Source of the DNA: Clostridia bacterium
GTDB taxonomy: Bacteria; Bacillota; Clostridia; Oscillospirales; Acutalibacteraceae
Reading direction: 5' to 3'
DNA length: 64,000 bases
Assembly (NCBI GenBank): GCA_017407995.1
Contig: JAFQVM010000014.1
Coordinates: 48,711-112,710, forward strand
The notes under the pieces were generated by a model. The model searched no databases, was not told the DNA's origin, and was given only the letters and a program-made list of their open reading frames with translations. The stretch's first letter is position 1; every line of letters begins with the position of its first letter. Position numbers and translations under genes: made by a program. Below, piece by piece: positions 52,672 through 62,212 of the stretch.

Positions 52672-53880
52672 CTAATAAAGCTTTAATTGCTGTCCTGAAC
52701 GTATAACATCGGGGTTTCTCAGCCTGTTTATCCCTGCAATTTCTGACACAGGTACACCTTCAAGGGTGGAAATTCGGCTGAGTGTATCGCCGTTTCTCAC
52801 AGCATAAAAAGTTCCTGCCTTCTTAGCTGACGGTATTCTGAGCGTTTCACCCTCAAAAATTACATTCGGATTTTCAATATTATTGGCACTCACTATAGCC
52901 GAAACCGAGACTCCAAAGCGGCCTGCAATTGAACTTAACGTATCGCCGCTTCTGACAATATACGTTTCCGCTCCGCTGTCCCGTGCATCCTTAGTTATTG
53001 TTAGCCGCTGTCCGACAAAAATGCGATTCGGGTCAACAATGTTGTTTTCTCGTACAATGGCAGGCACAGTCGTATCATACTCACGTGCTATGCGGAAAAG
53101 AGTATCTCCGGGACGTACATAGACGATAATCCTTTGCGAATCTGAGCGCACCGGTATCTTTCGCTCGCCTGCGATAGCGCTCCTGTCATCGAGCAATATA
53201 CCGTCAGTAAATCTATCACGGTCAACGTCTCCGCTTATTCCTGCAACTCTGCCAACATCGGCAAATTGGAAGCCGACCCAAGAATCCCATTTCCCGTTGT
53301 CTGCCGGCTCTTCAACTCCGTACTCAGCTACCCACAGCGGATATTCACGTGCAAGCGCCTCGTCAAAAACATTTATTGCATTGGACGTATCGCTGTAAAC
53401 GACAGCATCCTTTCCTGTAGTGCTTGTGAGAGTTCTGAGATACTCACGTGAAATTTCATTTACCTCTTCTGCATTGAGACTTCCAAAAGATTCAAAGTCC
53501 ATCGCAAGTCGCATATCCGGCTCCCTGCCTGTCACAAGTGAAGCAAAAAACTCTGCCTGCTGCCTGCCCTCTTCAACACTGCGAGCAGTCACATAGTGGT
53601 AAAAGCCGACATACAACCCGGCATCCTTTGCCTTTTCATAGTTTTCATGAAAATACGGGTCAACGTAGGACGAGCCCACACCAACTCTTATATAAACGGC
53701 TCGTATCCCGTCACTAGCAGCTCTTTCAAAATCAATGTCACCCTGAAACTCGCTGACATCCATGCCCTCAAAAATCTCTTCGCCGGACGGCGGTAAAGCC
53801 CTCGCCGGAACGACTGCGGCAAAAGCCATGGTTCCCGTACACAACATCAACGGCAGTATACGGCTGAATTTGAATTTCAT
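52672..53880 (-). CDS. GH25 muramidase with three C-terminal LysM domains
   Basis: G.DVSEFQG, GFYHY, DFE, LWVAEY, VD.D; three V..GDTL..IA/IS repeats; signal peptide. Confidence 0.92.
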   Translation of the reverse strand: MKFKFSRILPLMLCTGTMAFAAVVPARALPPSGEEIFEGMDVSEFQGDIDFERAASDGIRAVYIRVGVGSSYVDPYFHENYEKAKDAGLYVGFYHYVTARSVEEGRQQAEFFASLVTGREPDMRLAMDFESFGSLNAEEVNEISREYLRTLTSTTGKDAVVYSDTSNAINVFDEALAREYPLWVAEYGVEEPADNGKWDSWVGFQFADVGRVAGISGDVDRDRFTDGILLDDRSAIAGERKIPVRSDSQRIIVYVRPGDTLFRIAREYDTTVPAIVRENNIVDPNRIFVGQRLTITKDARDSGAETYIVRSGDTLSSIAGRFGVSVSAIVSANNIENPNVIFEGETLRIPSAKKAGTFYAVRNGDTLSRISTLEGVPVSEIAGINRLRNPDVIRSGQQLKLY

Positions 53881-54104
53881 ATAAACACCTTCACACAGTT
53901 TTTGCCAAAATCAAACTTATGACTCGGCAATATATTCTATGTTTATAAGTCGGTGTTTGACAGCAGAGAAACCGCCTGCTTCTGCAGACGGTTTCTCTCC
54001 CTTTTTGCATATTTATAATACCATAAAAAAAAGAAAAAATCAAGTCTTGTTCTTTTTTTCATATTAGTGTATTAATTATAGTAGACAACTTGCGGAGGTG
54101 TATT

Positions 54105-54605
54105 ATGGACGCTCAACTTTCAACGCATATCATACAGGCGCTCGCCGTTAAGGATTGTGAGCTTGTTTCGCAATGCAATCAGGAGACTTCAAAATACGGA
54201 CTTACGCTTACAGACAAAGAAATCACCCAGCTTCAGGTTCAACGTTTCGAAGCACTGAAATCAAGCGGCAGAGTCGAATTCGGGCAAGGAATACTGCGCC
54301 CTCTTATTATGAAATTCTGTGACTCCCAGTTTATCCACAAAAGCAACTACGCCGAAACTCTCGCAGCCCTGCAGGAGATGTTTTACTACTTCAAAACTGA
54401 ATCTGGTGATTATCTTTCCGACAACGAGCTGCTCACCATAATGAAGTCTATTTTTGACGGTGCGGCACAGGGCTCACTTGAATATCTTAACTCCATGGGA
54501 CTTGAAACAATTTGCAGAGCCATTAAGGGCTGCGACGTTGACGAGGGCGACGATGAAGTTTATGAAGATGAAGAGTACGGCGAGGAGGATGAGTACGATG
54601 TCTGA
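54105..54605 (+). CDS. DUF6323-like hypothetical protein
   Basis: CN..T..YGL.LT, GRVEFG, FCDS, FYYFK.E, SD.EL, GSLEYL; family recalled, not searched. Confidence 0.65.
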   Translation: MDAQLSTHIIQALAVKDCELVSQCNQETSKYGLTLTDKEITQLQVQRFEALKSSGRVEFGQGILRPLIMKFCDSQFIHKSNYAETLAALQEMFYYFKTESGDYLSDNELLTIMKSIFDGAAQGSLEYLNSMGLETICRAIKGCDVDEGDDEVYEDEEYGEEDEYDV

Positions 54606-55455
54606 TGTTTCTTTAAGCACCACACTCAACATTGAAGAACAGGCCGATTTTCAAACCGAGATATTTAAACTCCTTGCAGTTTTAGTTGCCGAATACACCA
54701 AGGGTAAGTCTACATCCATTCCCGAAAGTCTTGCAAAGGAGTTTATGGAGTCAATCCTTTTCAATCTTCGCATAACTGACGATGCCAAAGCAATAGAGGT
54801 TATGACCAACGGCATCCACGAGTCATTTGAGAAAGGATTAAGTCTTACAAAAAGAAAAACCGCTCTGGCAAGAAGACTCTGGAAAAAGATATTCTTATCC
54901 AGACCCGACCTCTTTAACTACTCCATGCTTCAGACTCTTTCAAGCATAAAAAAATTTCCTGTCATCTATGACTGCTGTTTTTTTGCACATCAAAATCCAT
55001 GTGAAATTGATTATCAGCTTTGTATACCTGTTTCACATGAGCTTAAAGGCGTAGATTACATTATAGAATACCTGCGCCATCTGTTTGTGGAGAACGCAAT
55101 TCTAAACCGTTTTGACCCTGAAAACTGCAAACCCGTTTTAGATAATTATTGCAAGACCTGGCAGACAGAGGTCTTAAACATCTTTGAGCCCGTTGCCGAA
55201 ACCGCCGTAATGCTTGCGCTTATAGGCGAAGATATAAAGAGTCTTAAAATCGGAGAAAGTGAACTTACAAAAATATACTGCATTCTCTCGGACAGCACGC
55301 AAACAGAACTTGCCGCAGCGCTGAACACTGCGGCAAGACAAGTAATAAAAACAATGTCAATAAAATCTCAGGCGCAAAAGGTCTACCTTTTACGTGTAGC
55401 GGAAAACATGGTTCCGAGATTTGCATGTTTGCTCAAAAAGCAGGTTGACTATTGA
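54598..55455 (+). CDS. DUF6179-like hypothetical protein
   Basis: YT.G.S.SI..E.A....SI, YD..F.AH...C.IDY.L, GVDYI..YL..L..EN; overlaps upstream gene by 8 bp. Confidence 0.65.
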   Translation: MSDVSLSTTLNIEEQADFQTEIFKLLAVLVAEYTKGKSTSIPESLAKEFMESILFNLRITDDAKAIEVMTNGIHESFEKGLSLTKRKTALARRLWKKIFLSRPDLFNYSMLQTLSSIKKFPVIYDCCFFAHQNPCEIDYQLCIPVSHELKGVDYIIEYLRHLFVENAILNRFDPENCKPVLDNYCKTWQTEVLNIFEPVAETAVMLALIGEDIKSLKIGESELTKIYCILSDSTQTELAAALNTAARQVIKTMSIKSQAQKVYLLRVAENMVPRFACLLKKQVDY

Positions 55456-56012
55456 CGATAATCCTCCGCCAACAGACTATACGTACACGCATCAACGATA
55501 CCCTTGTTGCTCCAATCGGCTTGGCGAAGTGTACCCTCATACTTCAAACCGCATTTTTGCATCACCTTACCTGAATTCGGATTGTTCGGGTCATGGTGTG
55601 ATTGAATGCGGTTAACTTTAACCTCGTCAAACAAAAACGGTATTATCAGCGAAAAAGCCTCGCTTGTAATTCCCCGATGCCACCACTTGCTGCCGATACA
55701 ATAGCCTATGTTAACCATATCGATGCGCTCATCTATATTAACAACGCTAATTCCTCCAACAGGCTCGCCCGTTTCTTTTAAAACGATTGCCCATTGATAA
55801 AAATCGTTCCTGGAATAGTTCTCTATCCAACCTTTTATTACGGTTTTTGTTACTGAAACATCTGCATGGGTAGGCCATCTCAAAAATTCTGTAACCTTTT
55901 CATCACTCGTCCAGTTGCGAAAAGCCACAGGAATATCGTCCTCGACAAAACGTCTGAGTAACAGTCGCTCGCTCTCTATTTCAACCGTACCTAAGTGAGT
56001 CATTCTTTTCAC
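55449..56012 (-). CDS. GNAT (RimJ/RimL-like) N-acetyltransferase
   Basis: ESERLLLR, IGYC....WHRGI.SEA, N..SGKVMQKCG..YEG. Confidence 0.9.
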   Translation of the reverse strand: MKRMTHLGTVEIESERLLLRRFVEDDIPVAFRNWTSDEKVTEFLRWPTHADVSVTKTVIKGWIENYSRNDFYQWAIVLKETGEPVGGISVVNIDERIDMVNIGYCIGSKWWHRGITSEAFSLIIPFLFDEVKVNRIQSHHDPNNPNSGKVMQKCGLKYEGTLRQADWSNKGIVDACTYSLLAEDYRQ

Positions 56013-56015
56013 CCC

Positions 56016-56222
56016 TTAAAAATAAAACAGTTCTTCAAACTTCTTGTTAAGAGCTATACACAAAACCAGCGCCAGTTTTGCCGTCGGGTTAAACTGGCCT
56101 GTTTCTATTGAGCTTATCGTATTTCTTGAAACTCCGACCAAATCAGCCAGCTGTGTCTGCGACAAGTGCATCTCTGTCCTAGCCTCTTTGAGTCGGTTTT
56201 TTAACACCAATTCATTATCCAT
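56016..56222 (-). CDS. XRE/Cro-C1 HTH regulator
   Basis: NRLKEAR....SQ..LA..VGVSR.TI.SIE.G...P. Confidence 0.92.
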   Translation of the reverse strand: MDNELVLKNRLKEARTEMHLSQTQLADLVGVSRNTISSIETGQFNPTAKLALVLCIALNKKFEELFYF

Positions 56223-56226
56223 AAAA

Positions 56227-56547
56227 TCATCTCACAAAAGACATAATGTAAATAACCAGATTAGCAATTGTTATAAGCCCGAAGACAATTGTTAACGCAA
56301 GCTCATTCTTCCTTTTGAGCTTAATATACTTAACCAAATTCATAGCAACCATTATACTTCCGTAAATGATAAAACAACTCGGACTATACTTTTCAGCAAA
56401 AGTATAATCTATGCCGTAAATCAGCATACACACAATCGCTCCGACCAATGCGGCAATTTTGCCCGCCTGACCTATAACATCACGTTCACGCTCATCCATT
56501 TTTTGATTTTCATTTCTGCTCTTTGCCAAAATTTCTTCTCTGTCCAT
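56227..56547 (-). CDS. DUF6442-like small membrane protein
   Basis: MDREEIL.KSR.EN...DERE followed by three TM helices. Confidence 0.7.
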   Translation of the reverse strand: MDREEILAKSRNENQKMDERERDVIGQAGKIAALVGAIVCMLIYGIDYTFAEKYSPSCFIIYGSIMVAMNLVKYIKLKRKNELALTIVFGLITIANLVIYIMSFVR

Positions 56548-56567
56548 AGTAAACCTCCTAACAAAAA

Positions 56568-56619
56568 TGACAAGTATACTTGGTATTTATATAATAGCAT
56601 TACCAAGTTTACTTGTCAA
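56568..56619 (-). promoter_or_regulatory. Sigma-A promoter flanked by two palindromic operator sites
   Basis: TTGACA-17-TATTAT (extended TG) overlapped by CAAGTAAACTTG and followed by CAAGTATACTTG. Confidence 0.8.
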
Positions 56620-56659
56620 CATTTTTTGCAAAGTTTTATTGGCAAAATTTTGAACTCAC

Positions 56660-57724
56660 TTAAATCACTATAAGTTCCTTAGGCGAGGAGGTAAGATTTT
56701 CTATTCCGTCCTCGGTAATGAGCACCATATCCTCTATTCTGACACCAAAGCAACCGGGGAGATATATGCCCGGCTCATCGGTGACCACATTACCAGCTTC
56801 CAGGATATCCTCAGCACTCGGCGAAACCCTCGGCTCCTCGTGTATCTCAATGCCTACACCGTGGCCCGTTCCGTGACCAAAAAACGCTCCGTAGCCCGCA
56901 GAGGCTATAACATCCCTTGCCGCTTTATCAGCATCTGAACATCTCACTCCGGGGCGCATAACATCAAGTGCGGCAAGCTGAGCTTTGAGCACCGTGTCAT
57001 AAACCTTTTTCTGCTCGTCGCTGACAGCTCCGACCGCTACAGTACGGGTCATATCGCTGTGATAACCGTCACAGACTGCGCCGTAATCCATAGTGATGAA
57101 GTCGCCGTTTTCTATTTTTTTATCAGACGGTACACCGTGTGGCATAGAAGAATTTATTCCGCTGACAGCTATTGTTTCAAAAGACAGTGCCTCAGCTCCG
57201 TTTTTGAGCATAAAGTAGTCGAGCTCAAGCGATATTTCACGCTCTGTTACACCCGGTTTTATAAACCTCAAAATATGGTCAAATGCTTGCTCCGTTATAG
57301 CCTGAGCTTTTTTTATTGATGCGATTTCATCCGCACTTTTCACCATGCGAAGCGAATTTATTGCCTTGTCAACCGACCCGTCAGCTACTATTTCAACGTC
57401 ATTTAGCATTTCGCAATAACGTGTATATTCTGAAACGGTCACTCTCTGCGCTTCAATTCCGAGACGATTTATTTTAAACTCCCGCATTAAATCAGGCAGT
57501 TCTTTTTTCAGATTTTTAGTCTCCCTCACAGGACAGCATGTTATCTTTTTGCCTGCCGCCTCAACATAGCGTGAGTCGGTCAAAAACACGCTTCCACAAC
57601 GTGACACAAGCAGTACACCCGCAGTTGACGGAAAAGCTGTAAAATACCGTCTGTTTTCTTCGGAAGTTATCATTACACCGTCAAGTTCTTGCGGTAGTTT
57701 TTTGAGCAAGTTCTCAAGCTTCAT
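56660..57724 (-). CDS. Xaa-Pro aminopeptidase/dipeptidase (M24)
   Basis: R.VKS.DEI, PHG, D.G....GY.SD.TRT, H..GHGVG..IHE, EPGIY, GVRIED. Confidence 0.93.
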   Translation of the reverse strand: MKLENLLKKLPQELDGVMITSEENRRYFTAFPSTAGVLLVSRCGSVFLTDSRYVEAAGKKITCCPVRETKNLKKELPDLMREFKINRLGIEAQRVTVSEYTRYCEMLNDVEIVADGSVDKAINSLRMVKSADEIASIKKAQAITEQAFDHILRFIKPGVTEREISLELDYFMLKNGAEALSFETIAVSGINSSMPHGVPSDKKIENGDFITMDYGAVCDGYHSDMTRTVAVGAVSDEQKKVYDTVLKAQLAALDVMRPGVRCSDADKAARDVIASAGYGAFFGHGTGHGVGIEIHEEPRVSPSAEDILEAGNVVTDEPGIYLPGCFGVRIEDMVLITEDGIENLTSSPKELIVI

Positions 57725-57806
57725 CTATATCAATCCTTTCGGAGAAATGATTTCACCTTTAGCATTTTCTTTTAGTCTTTAAAAATGCTCACTCTTAATT
57801 AATGAC

Positions 57807-57833
57807 AAAAGCGGCAGGATATATACCTGCCGC
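57807..57833 (-). terminator. Intrinsic terminator after rpsU
   Basis: GCGGCAGG / CCTGCCGC followed by TTTT on the minus strand. Confidence 0.7.
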
Positions 57834-57840
57834 CTTCCCA

Positions 57841-58017
57841 TTATTTGTACTTACGCTTACGAGCTGCCTCGGACTTCTTCTTTCTCTTAACCGAAGGTTT
57901 CTCATAATGCTCTCTCTTACGAACCTCCTGAATGACTCCGTCCCTGGAGGTCTGTCTCTTAAAACGCTTGAGTGCGCTCTCGAGAGATTCATTTTCTTTT
58001 ACTCTAACCTGACTCAT
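57841..58017 (-). CDS. rpsU: 30S ribosomal protein S21
   Basis: Not in ORF track (58 aa); [58 protein letters not shown] with GGAGG RBS. Confidence 0.98.
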   Translation of the reverse strand: MSQVRVKENESLESALKRFKRQTSRDGVIQEVRKREHYEKPSVKRKKKSEAARKRKYK

Positions 58018-58074
58018 TATATTCCCTCCCTCCGCTGCATTTGCAAGGGGCTAATTTCTCATAGCTTGCTCCTT

Positions 58075-58103
58075 ATTATACAACAAGCCACATTTATTGT
58101 CAA
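58075..58103 (-). promoter_or_regulatory. Sigma-A promoter of rpsU
   Basis: Perfect TTGACA-17-TATAAT. Confidence 0.85.
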
Positions 58104-58122
58104 CTGCTTTCAGCTTTATTTT

Positions 58123-60534
58123 TTAGAGTGGCTTTACAACAAGGTTTACAAGCTTTCCGGGAACATAGAGTTCTTTAATGAAAGCCATATTGTTGGTAAA
58201 CTCCTTGACCTTGTCGAGCTCTTTTGCCATGGCGATAGCGCTCTGTGCATCGATATCGGCGGGTACTGTGAACCTGTCACGAACCTTGCCGTTTACCTGG
58301 ACAGCAATTTCTATCTCATTGTCAACGCACTTGCTCTCGTCATACGACGGCCACTGAGCAAGAGAGCAAAGACCCTCTCCGCCGAGCTGTTCCCACATCT
58401 CCTCGCAAAGGTGAGGAGCAAACGGGCAAAGCAGACGAACAAATGTTGAAAGCTCGTCAAGAGTCATTGCGCCGACATTGTTTATCTCATTGAGAAGTGT
58501 CATCATCGCAGCGATAGCCGTGTTGAACTTCATATCCTCAATATCCTGAGATACCTTTTTAATAGTCTTATGCATTGCGGTCTCAAGCTTCGGGGTTACA
58601 CCGTTGCCCTTAGCGATATCGCTCAAATTTGCAACTCTGTCAAGGAAACGCTTACAGCCCTTAACGCCACTCTCATTCCATGGAGCGGAAGCTGTATAAT
58701 CGCCCATAAACATAATGTATGTTCTGAGAGTATCAGCACCGTACTGCTTGATAACATCATCCGGGTCAACAACATTTCCTCTTGACTTTGACATCTTAAC
58801 GCCGTCAGCACCCAGAACAACGCCGAGACCTGTACGCTTTGCATATGGCTCTGCAACCGGTACTGCACCGATATCATAGAGGAATCTGTGCCAGAAACGT
58901 GAATAGATAAGGTGGCGGGTTACGTGCTCCATACCGCCGTTATACCAATCTATAGGAAGCCAATATTTCAGCTTATCCTCTGCCGCAAAAACATCGTCGT
59001 TTTTGGGGTCAATATAACGCAGGAAGTACCATGAAGAACCTGCCCACTGAGGCATTGTATCGGTTTCTCTCTTTGCAGGTGCACCACACTTCGGGCATGT
59101 GCAGTTGACAAACTCGTCAATCTTTGCAAGCGGGCTCTCACCGCCCTCACCGGGTTCAAAGTTCTTGACATCGGGAAGTCTGAGCGGTAACTCGTCATGC
59201 GGTACGCCGACCATTCCGCACTTCTCGCAGTGAACAATCGGAATCGGCTCACCCCAATAACGCTGACGGTTGAACGCCCAATCCTTCATCTTATACTGAA
59301 CGCCCTTCTCGCCGATACCCTTATCAGCAAGGAAGCTGAGCATCTTTTCAATAGAATCCTTTTTATTTGTTGTGCCGTTAAGGAAATCGGAGTTTACCAT
59401 CTCGCCGTCGCCCGTATAAGCCTCTTGCTCAATGTCGCCACCCTTGATAACCTCAATTATATCAATACCGAACTTCTTAGCAAACTCCCAGTCACGCTGG
59501 TCGTGTGCGGGAACAGCCATGATAGCGCCTGTACCGTAACCCATCATTACATAGTCGGAGATATAAATCGGAATCTCCTTGCCGTTTACGGGATTGATAG
59601 CTGAAAGTCCGTTGAGCTTTACGCCTGTCTTATCCTTTACAAGCTGTGTACGCTCAAACTCAGTCTTTTTGCCACACTCGACACGGTATGCCTCAACCTC
59701 ATCCATGTTGGCGATACGTGAAGCGTACTTATCGATAAGCGGGTGCTCGGGTGCCATAACCATAAAGGTTACACCGAAGAGTGTATCAGGACGTGTTGTG
59801 TAAATCTTCAGCATCTCGTCTGTATCTGTAAGAGTGAAGTTTACAAACGCACCTGTTGAACGGCCTATCCAGTTTTCCTGCTGAGCTTTTATGTTCACAG
59901 GGAAGTCGATATCCTTAAGACCGTCGAGCAATTTGTCAGCATACTCGGTGATGCGAAGGAACCAGACATCCTTTGACTTCTGAACAACATCACTGTTACA
60001 GATATCGCACTTGCCACCCTGAGAGTCCTCATTTGAGAGAACAACCTTGCAGTGCGGACAATAGTTGACAAATGCTTTGTCACGGAACACAAGTCCGTTC
60101 TCAAACATCTTGAGGAAAATCCACTGAGTCCACTTGTAGTAGTTTTCGTCTGTGGTATCAACAACACGGGTCCAGTCAAAAGAAAAGCCTGCACGCTTAA
60201 GCTGACCGCTGAACTTTTCAATGTTTGTGTCCGTTACCACACGGGGATGCATACCTGTTTTGATAGCATAGTTCTCCGCCGGCAGACCGAAAGCATCAAA
60301 GCCTATCGGGAACATTACGTTATAGCCCTGCATTCTGCGCTTGCGGCATACAACCTCCATGCCGGAGTATGCCTTTATGTGGCCGACGTGCATACCTGCT
60401 CCGCTGGGATACGGAAATTCAATAAGTCCGTAGAACTTGGGGAGTGTAAAATCATCAACAGCGTTGAACGCACCCTCCTGCTCCCAACGGTCCTGCCATT
60501 TCTTTTCAATTGTCTTAAAATCATAGTTTGCCAT
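58123..60534 (-). CDS. leuS: Leucine--tRNA ligase
   Basis: FPYPSG..MHVGH, YTTRPDT, RQRYWG, KMSKS. Confidence 0.98.
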   Translation of the reverse strand: MANYDFKTIEKKWQDRWEQEGAFNAVDDFTLPKFYGLIEFPYPSGAGMHVGHIKAYSGMEVVCRKRRMQGYNVMFPIGFDAFGLPAENYAIKTGMHPRVVTDTNIEKFSGQLKRAGFSFDWTRVVDTTDENYYKWTQWIFLKMFENGLVFRDKAFVNYCPHCKVVLSNEDSQGGKCDICNSDVVQKSKDVWFLRITEYADKLLDGLKDIDFPVNIKAQQENWIGRSTGAFVNFTLTDTDEMLKIYTTRPDTLFGVTFMVMAPEHPLIDKYASRIANMDEVEAYRVECGKKTEFERTQLVKDKTGVKLNGLSAINPVNGKEIPIYISDYVMMGYGTGAIMAVPAHDQRDWEFAKKFGIDIIEVIKGGDIEQEAYTGDGEMVNSDFLNGTTNKKDSIEKMLSFLADKGIGEKGVQYKMKDWAFNRQRYWGEPIPIVHCEKCGMVGVPHDELPLRLPDVKNFEPGEGGESPLAKIDEFVNCTCPKCGAPAKRETDTMPQWAGSSWYFLRYIDPKNDDVFAAEDKLKYWLPIDWYNGGMEHVTRHLIYSRFWHRFLYDIGAVPVAEPYAKRTGLGVVLGADGVKMSKSRGNVVDPDDVIKQYGADTLRTYIMFMGDYTASAPWNESGVKGCKRFLDRVANLSDIAKGNGVTPKLETAMHKTIKKVSQDIEDMKFNTAIAAMMTLLNEINNVGAMTLDELSTFVRLLCPFAPHLCEEMWEQLGGEGLCSLAQWPSYDESKCVDNEIEIAVQVNGKVRDRFTVPADIDAQSAIAMAKELDKVKEFTNNMAFIKELYVPGKLVNLVVKPL

Positions 60535-60563
60535 TTATGTCATTCCTTTCAGGGATAAGCGTC

Positions 60564-60917
60564 TTATTCAGTTATTATGTCGCTCAAATCGAGCTGCTGT
60601 GCATCGCCCCAAAGTCTTTCGAGGTTGTAATAGTCACGTGACTCTTTCTGGAAAATGTGGACGATAACACTGCCGTAATCAAGAAGTATCCAGCCTGTTG
60701 CTCTGCCCTCTATATGAAGAGGCTCAATACCTTTCTGGCTCAACTCATACTCAACATCATCAGCAAGCGACTTTACATGTGTATTCGAAGTACCTGATGC
60801 TATAACAAAATAATCCGAAACTATTGTAAGTTCCTCTGTTGCTATGGCAACAATATCCTGAGCTTTTTTGTTGTCTAAAACCTTAACTATCTCTCTTGTT
60901 AACTCTTTCGGTGTCAT
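60564..60917 (-). CDS. rsfS: Ribosome silencing factor
   Basis: KKAQDI, DYFVIASG, WILLDYG, R.YYNLERLW. Confidence 0.95.
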   Translation of the reverse strand: MTPKELTREIVKVLDNKKAQDIVAIATEELTIVSDYFVIASGTSNTHVKSLADDVEYELSQKGIEPLHIEGRATGWILLDYGSVIVHIFQKESRDYYNLERLWGDAQQLDLSDIITE

Positions 60918-60943
60918 AATATCCTTCCTTTCAAACATCCCGC

Positions 60944-61519
60944 TCAACGAAACCGTATAAGGTCGTTATAGCATTCCACACTCGACGGGTCTATTATCAT
61001 ATTTTTGCTCAAAAGTTTTGCTATGCAATATTTTTGAGTGTAAACTATCGCCTGCTCAAGCCCTAAAAAAGCCAGTCGGCGTACAACATCAACATCGGGA
61101 TAAGTCCTGTCCTCGCTGATAAAATCAGCAAGATATACCACCTTTTCAAGCGTTGACATCCCCGCTTTACCCGTTGTGTGCCAGCGGACAGCACTAACAA
61201 CCTCCTCATCGGTAATGCCAAGCTCAACTTTCAAAAAAGCTGCGCCCGCTATTGCGTGCCATAGCTTATCGTTTCGCATCTCGCAAGGAGATAACATTAT
61301 ATCAGCTTTGGATATTATTTGCAACTGCTCTTCACCCGAAGCATTCTTCATCACATCGTGTAAAAGGCCCGCCAAATATGCCTTCTCCTCGTCTGCTCCA
61401 TAGGTTACTGCCAAATCCTTTGCGCTCTTTGCAACACACAGCGAATGTGTGTATCGGTAATCGTCAAGCTTCGAGCGCAGAAGCTCGTCATATTCTCTAT
61501 ATTTTTCGGGCACACTCAC
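60944..61519 (-). CDS. yqeK: HD-domain Ap4A hydrolase YqeK
   Basis: RY.HS..VA, AGLLHD, WHTTG, LAD.I...R. Confidence 0.92.
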   Translation of the reverse strand: MSVPEKYREYDELLRSKLDDYRYTHSLCVAKSAKDLAVTYGADEEKAYLAGLLHDVMKNASGEEQLQIISKADIMLSPCEMRNDKLWHAIAGAAFLKVELGITDEEVVSAVRWHTTGKAGMSTLEKVVYLADFISEDRTYPDVDVVRRLAFLGLEQAIVYTQKYCIAKLLSKNMIIDPSSVECYNDLIRFR

Positions 61520-62106
61520 CTGTAAAGTCCCCTTTTTTCTATATATTGAGCTGTCTCGGCTGTCAAAAGCTCCTCAGCGTTTTCTCCGTTTGCTATACGC
61601 TCCCGAATCTCGGTTGAACTCGCCTCTGTTACATTTATATCTATAAGCTTAACCTTTTCAATCTCGGATTCTTCAAACACAGTTTCAAGCTCGATTTTGA
61701 AATCCGTCTCCCTCGCTGCAGCAAGAAGCGTGCACATCGAGAGAATGTCCTTATATCTGTACCAACGATTAAATGTCTCCAGCATATCCGAACCGACTAT
61801 CAAAAACAGTTCGTCATCGGGATACAGCTCCTTTATCTGACAGAGAGTATCATAAGTATAGCTTCTCCCGTTGCGCTGAAGTTCTATGTCTGACACCTCA
61901 AAACGCTCATCACAACCGAAAGTTAATCGACACATCTCAAGCCTGTCCTCACCGCTCGCAAGGTCAGGTGCGACTTTATGCGGAGGTATCGCTGCAGGAA
62001 TAATCAGCACCCTGTCAAGCTCTTGACTGTCAGCTATAGCTGTAACTATTCCCAGATGTCCCACGTGAGGCGGATTAAAGGTGCCGCCGAATATTCCAAG
62101 CTTCAT
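61516..62106 (-). CDS. nadD: Nicotinate-nucleotide adenylyltransferase
   Basis: GGTFNPPH.GH, PPHK, SYT.DT, G.D, SSTEIR. Confidence 0.96.
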   Translation of the reverse strand: MKLGIFGGTFNPPHVGHLGIVTAIADSQELDRVLIIPAAIPPHKVAPDLASGEDRLEMCRLTFGCDERFEVSDIELQRNGRSYTYDTLCQIKELYPDDELFLIVGSDMLETFNRWYRYKDILSMCTLLAAARETDFKIELETVFEESEIEKVKLIDINVTEASSTEIRERIANGENAEELLTAETAQYIEKRGLYR

Positions 62107-62212
62107 CTTTCCCGCCCTTTCAAAATACTTATCTGTTTCGTTGTGACTCAGCTTGTGGAAGTTGGTATGTTAATGCAAAAATATATTTTTAAAATTCGTT
62201 TCTTAACTTGTT

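Noticed and set aside
57802-58449. 215-aa plus-strand ORF in the track
   Set aside because: Antisense shadow of rpsU and the leuS 3' end.
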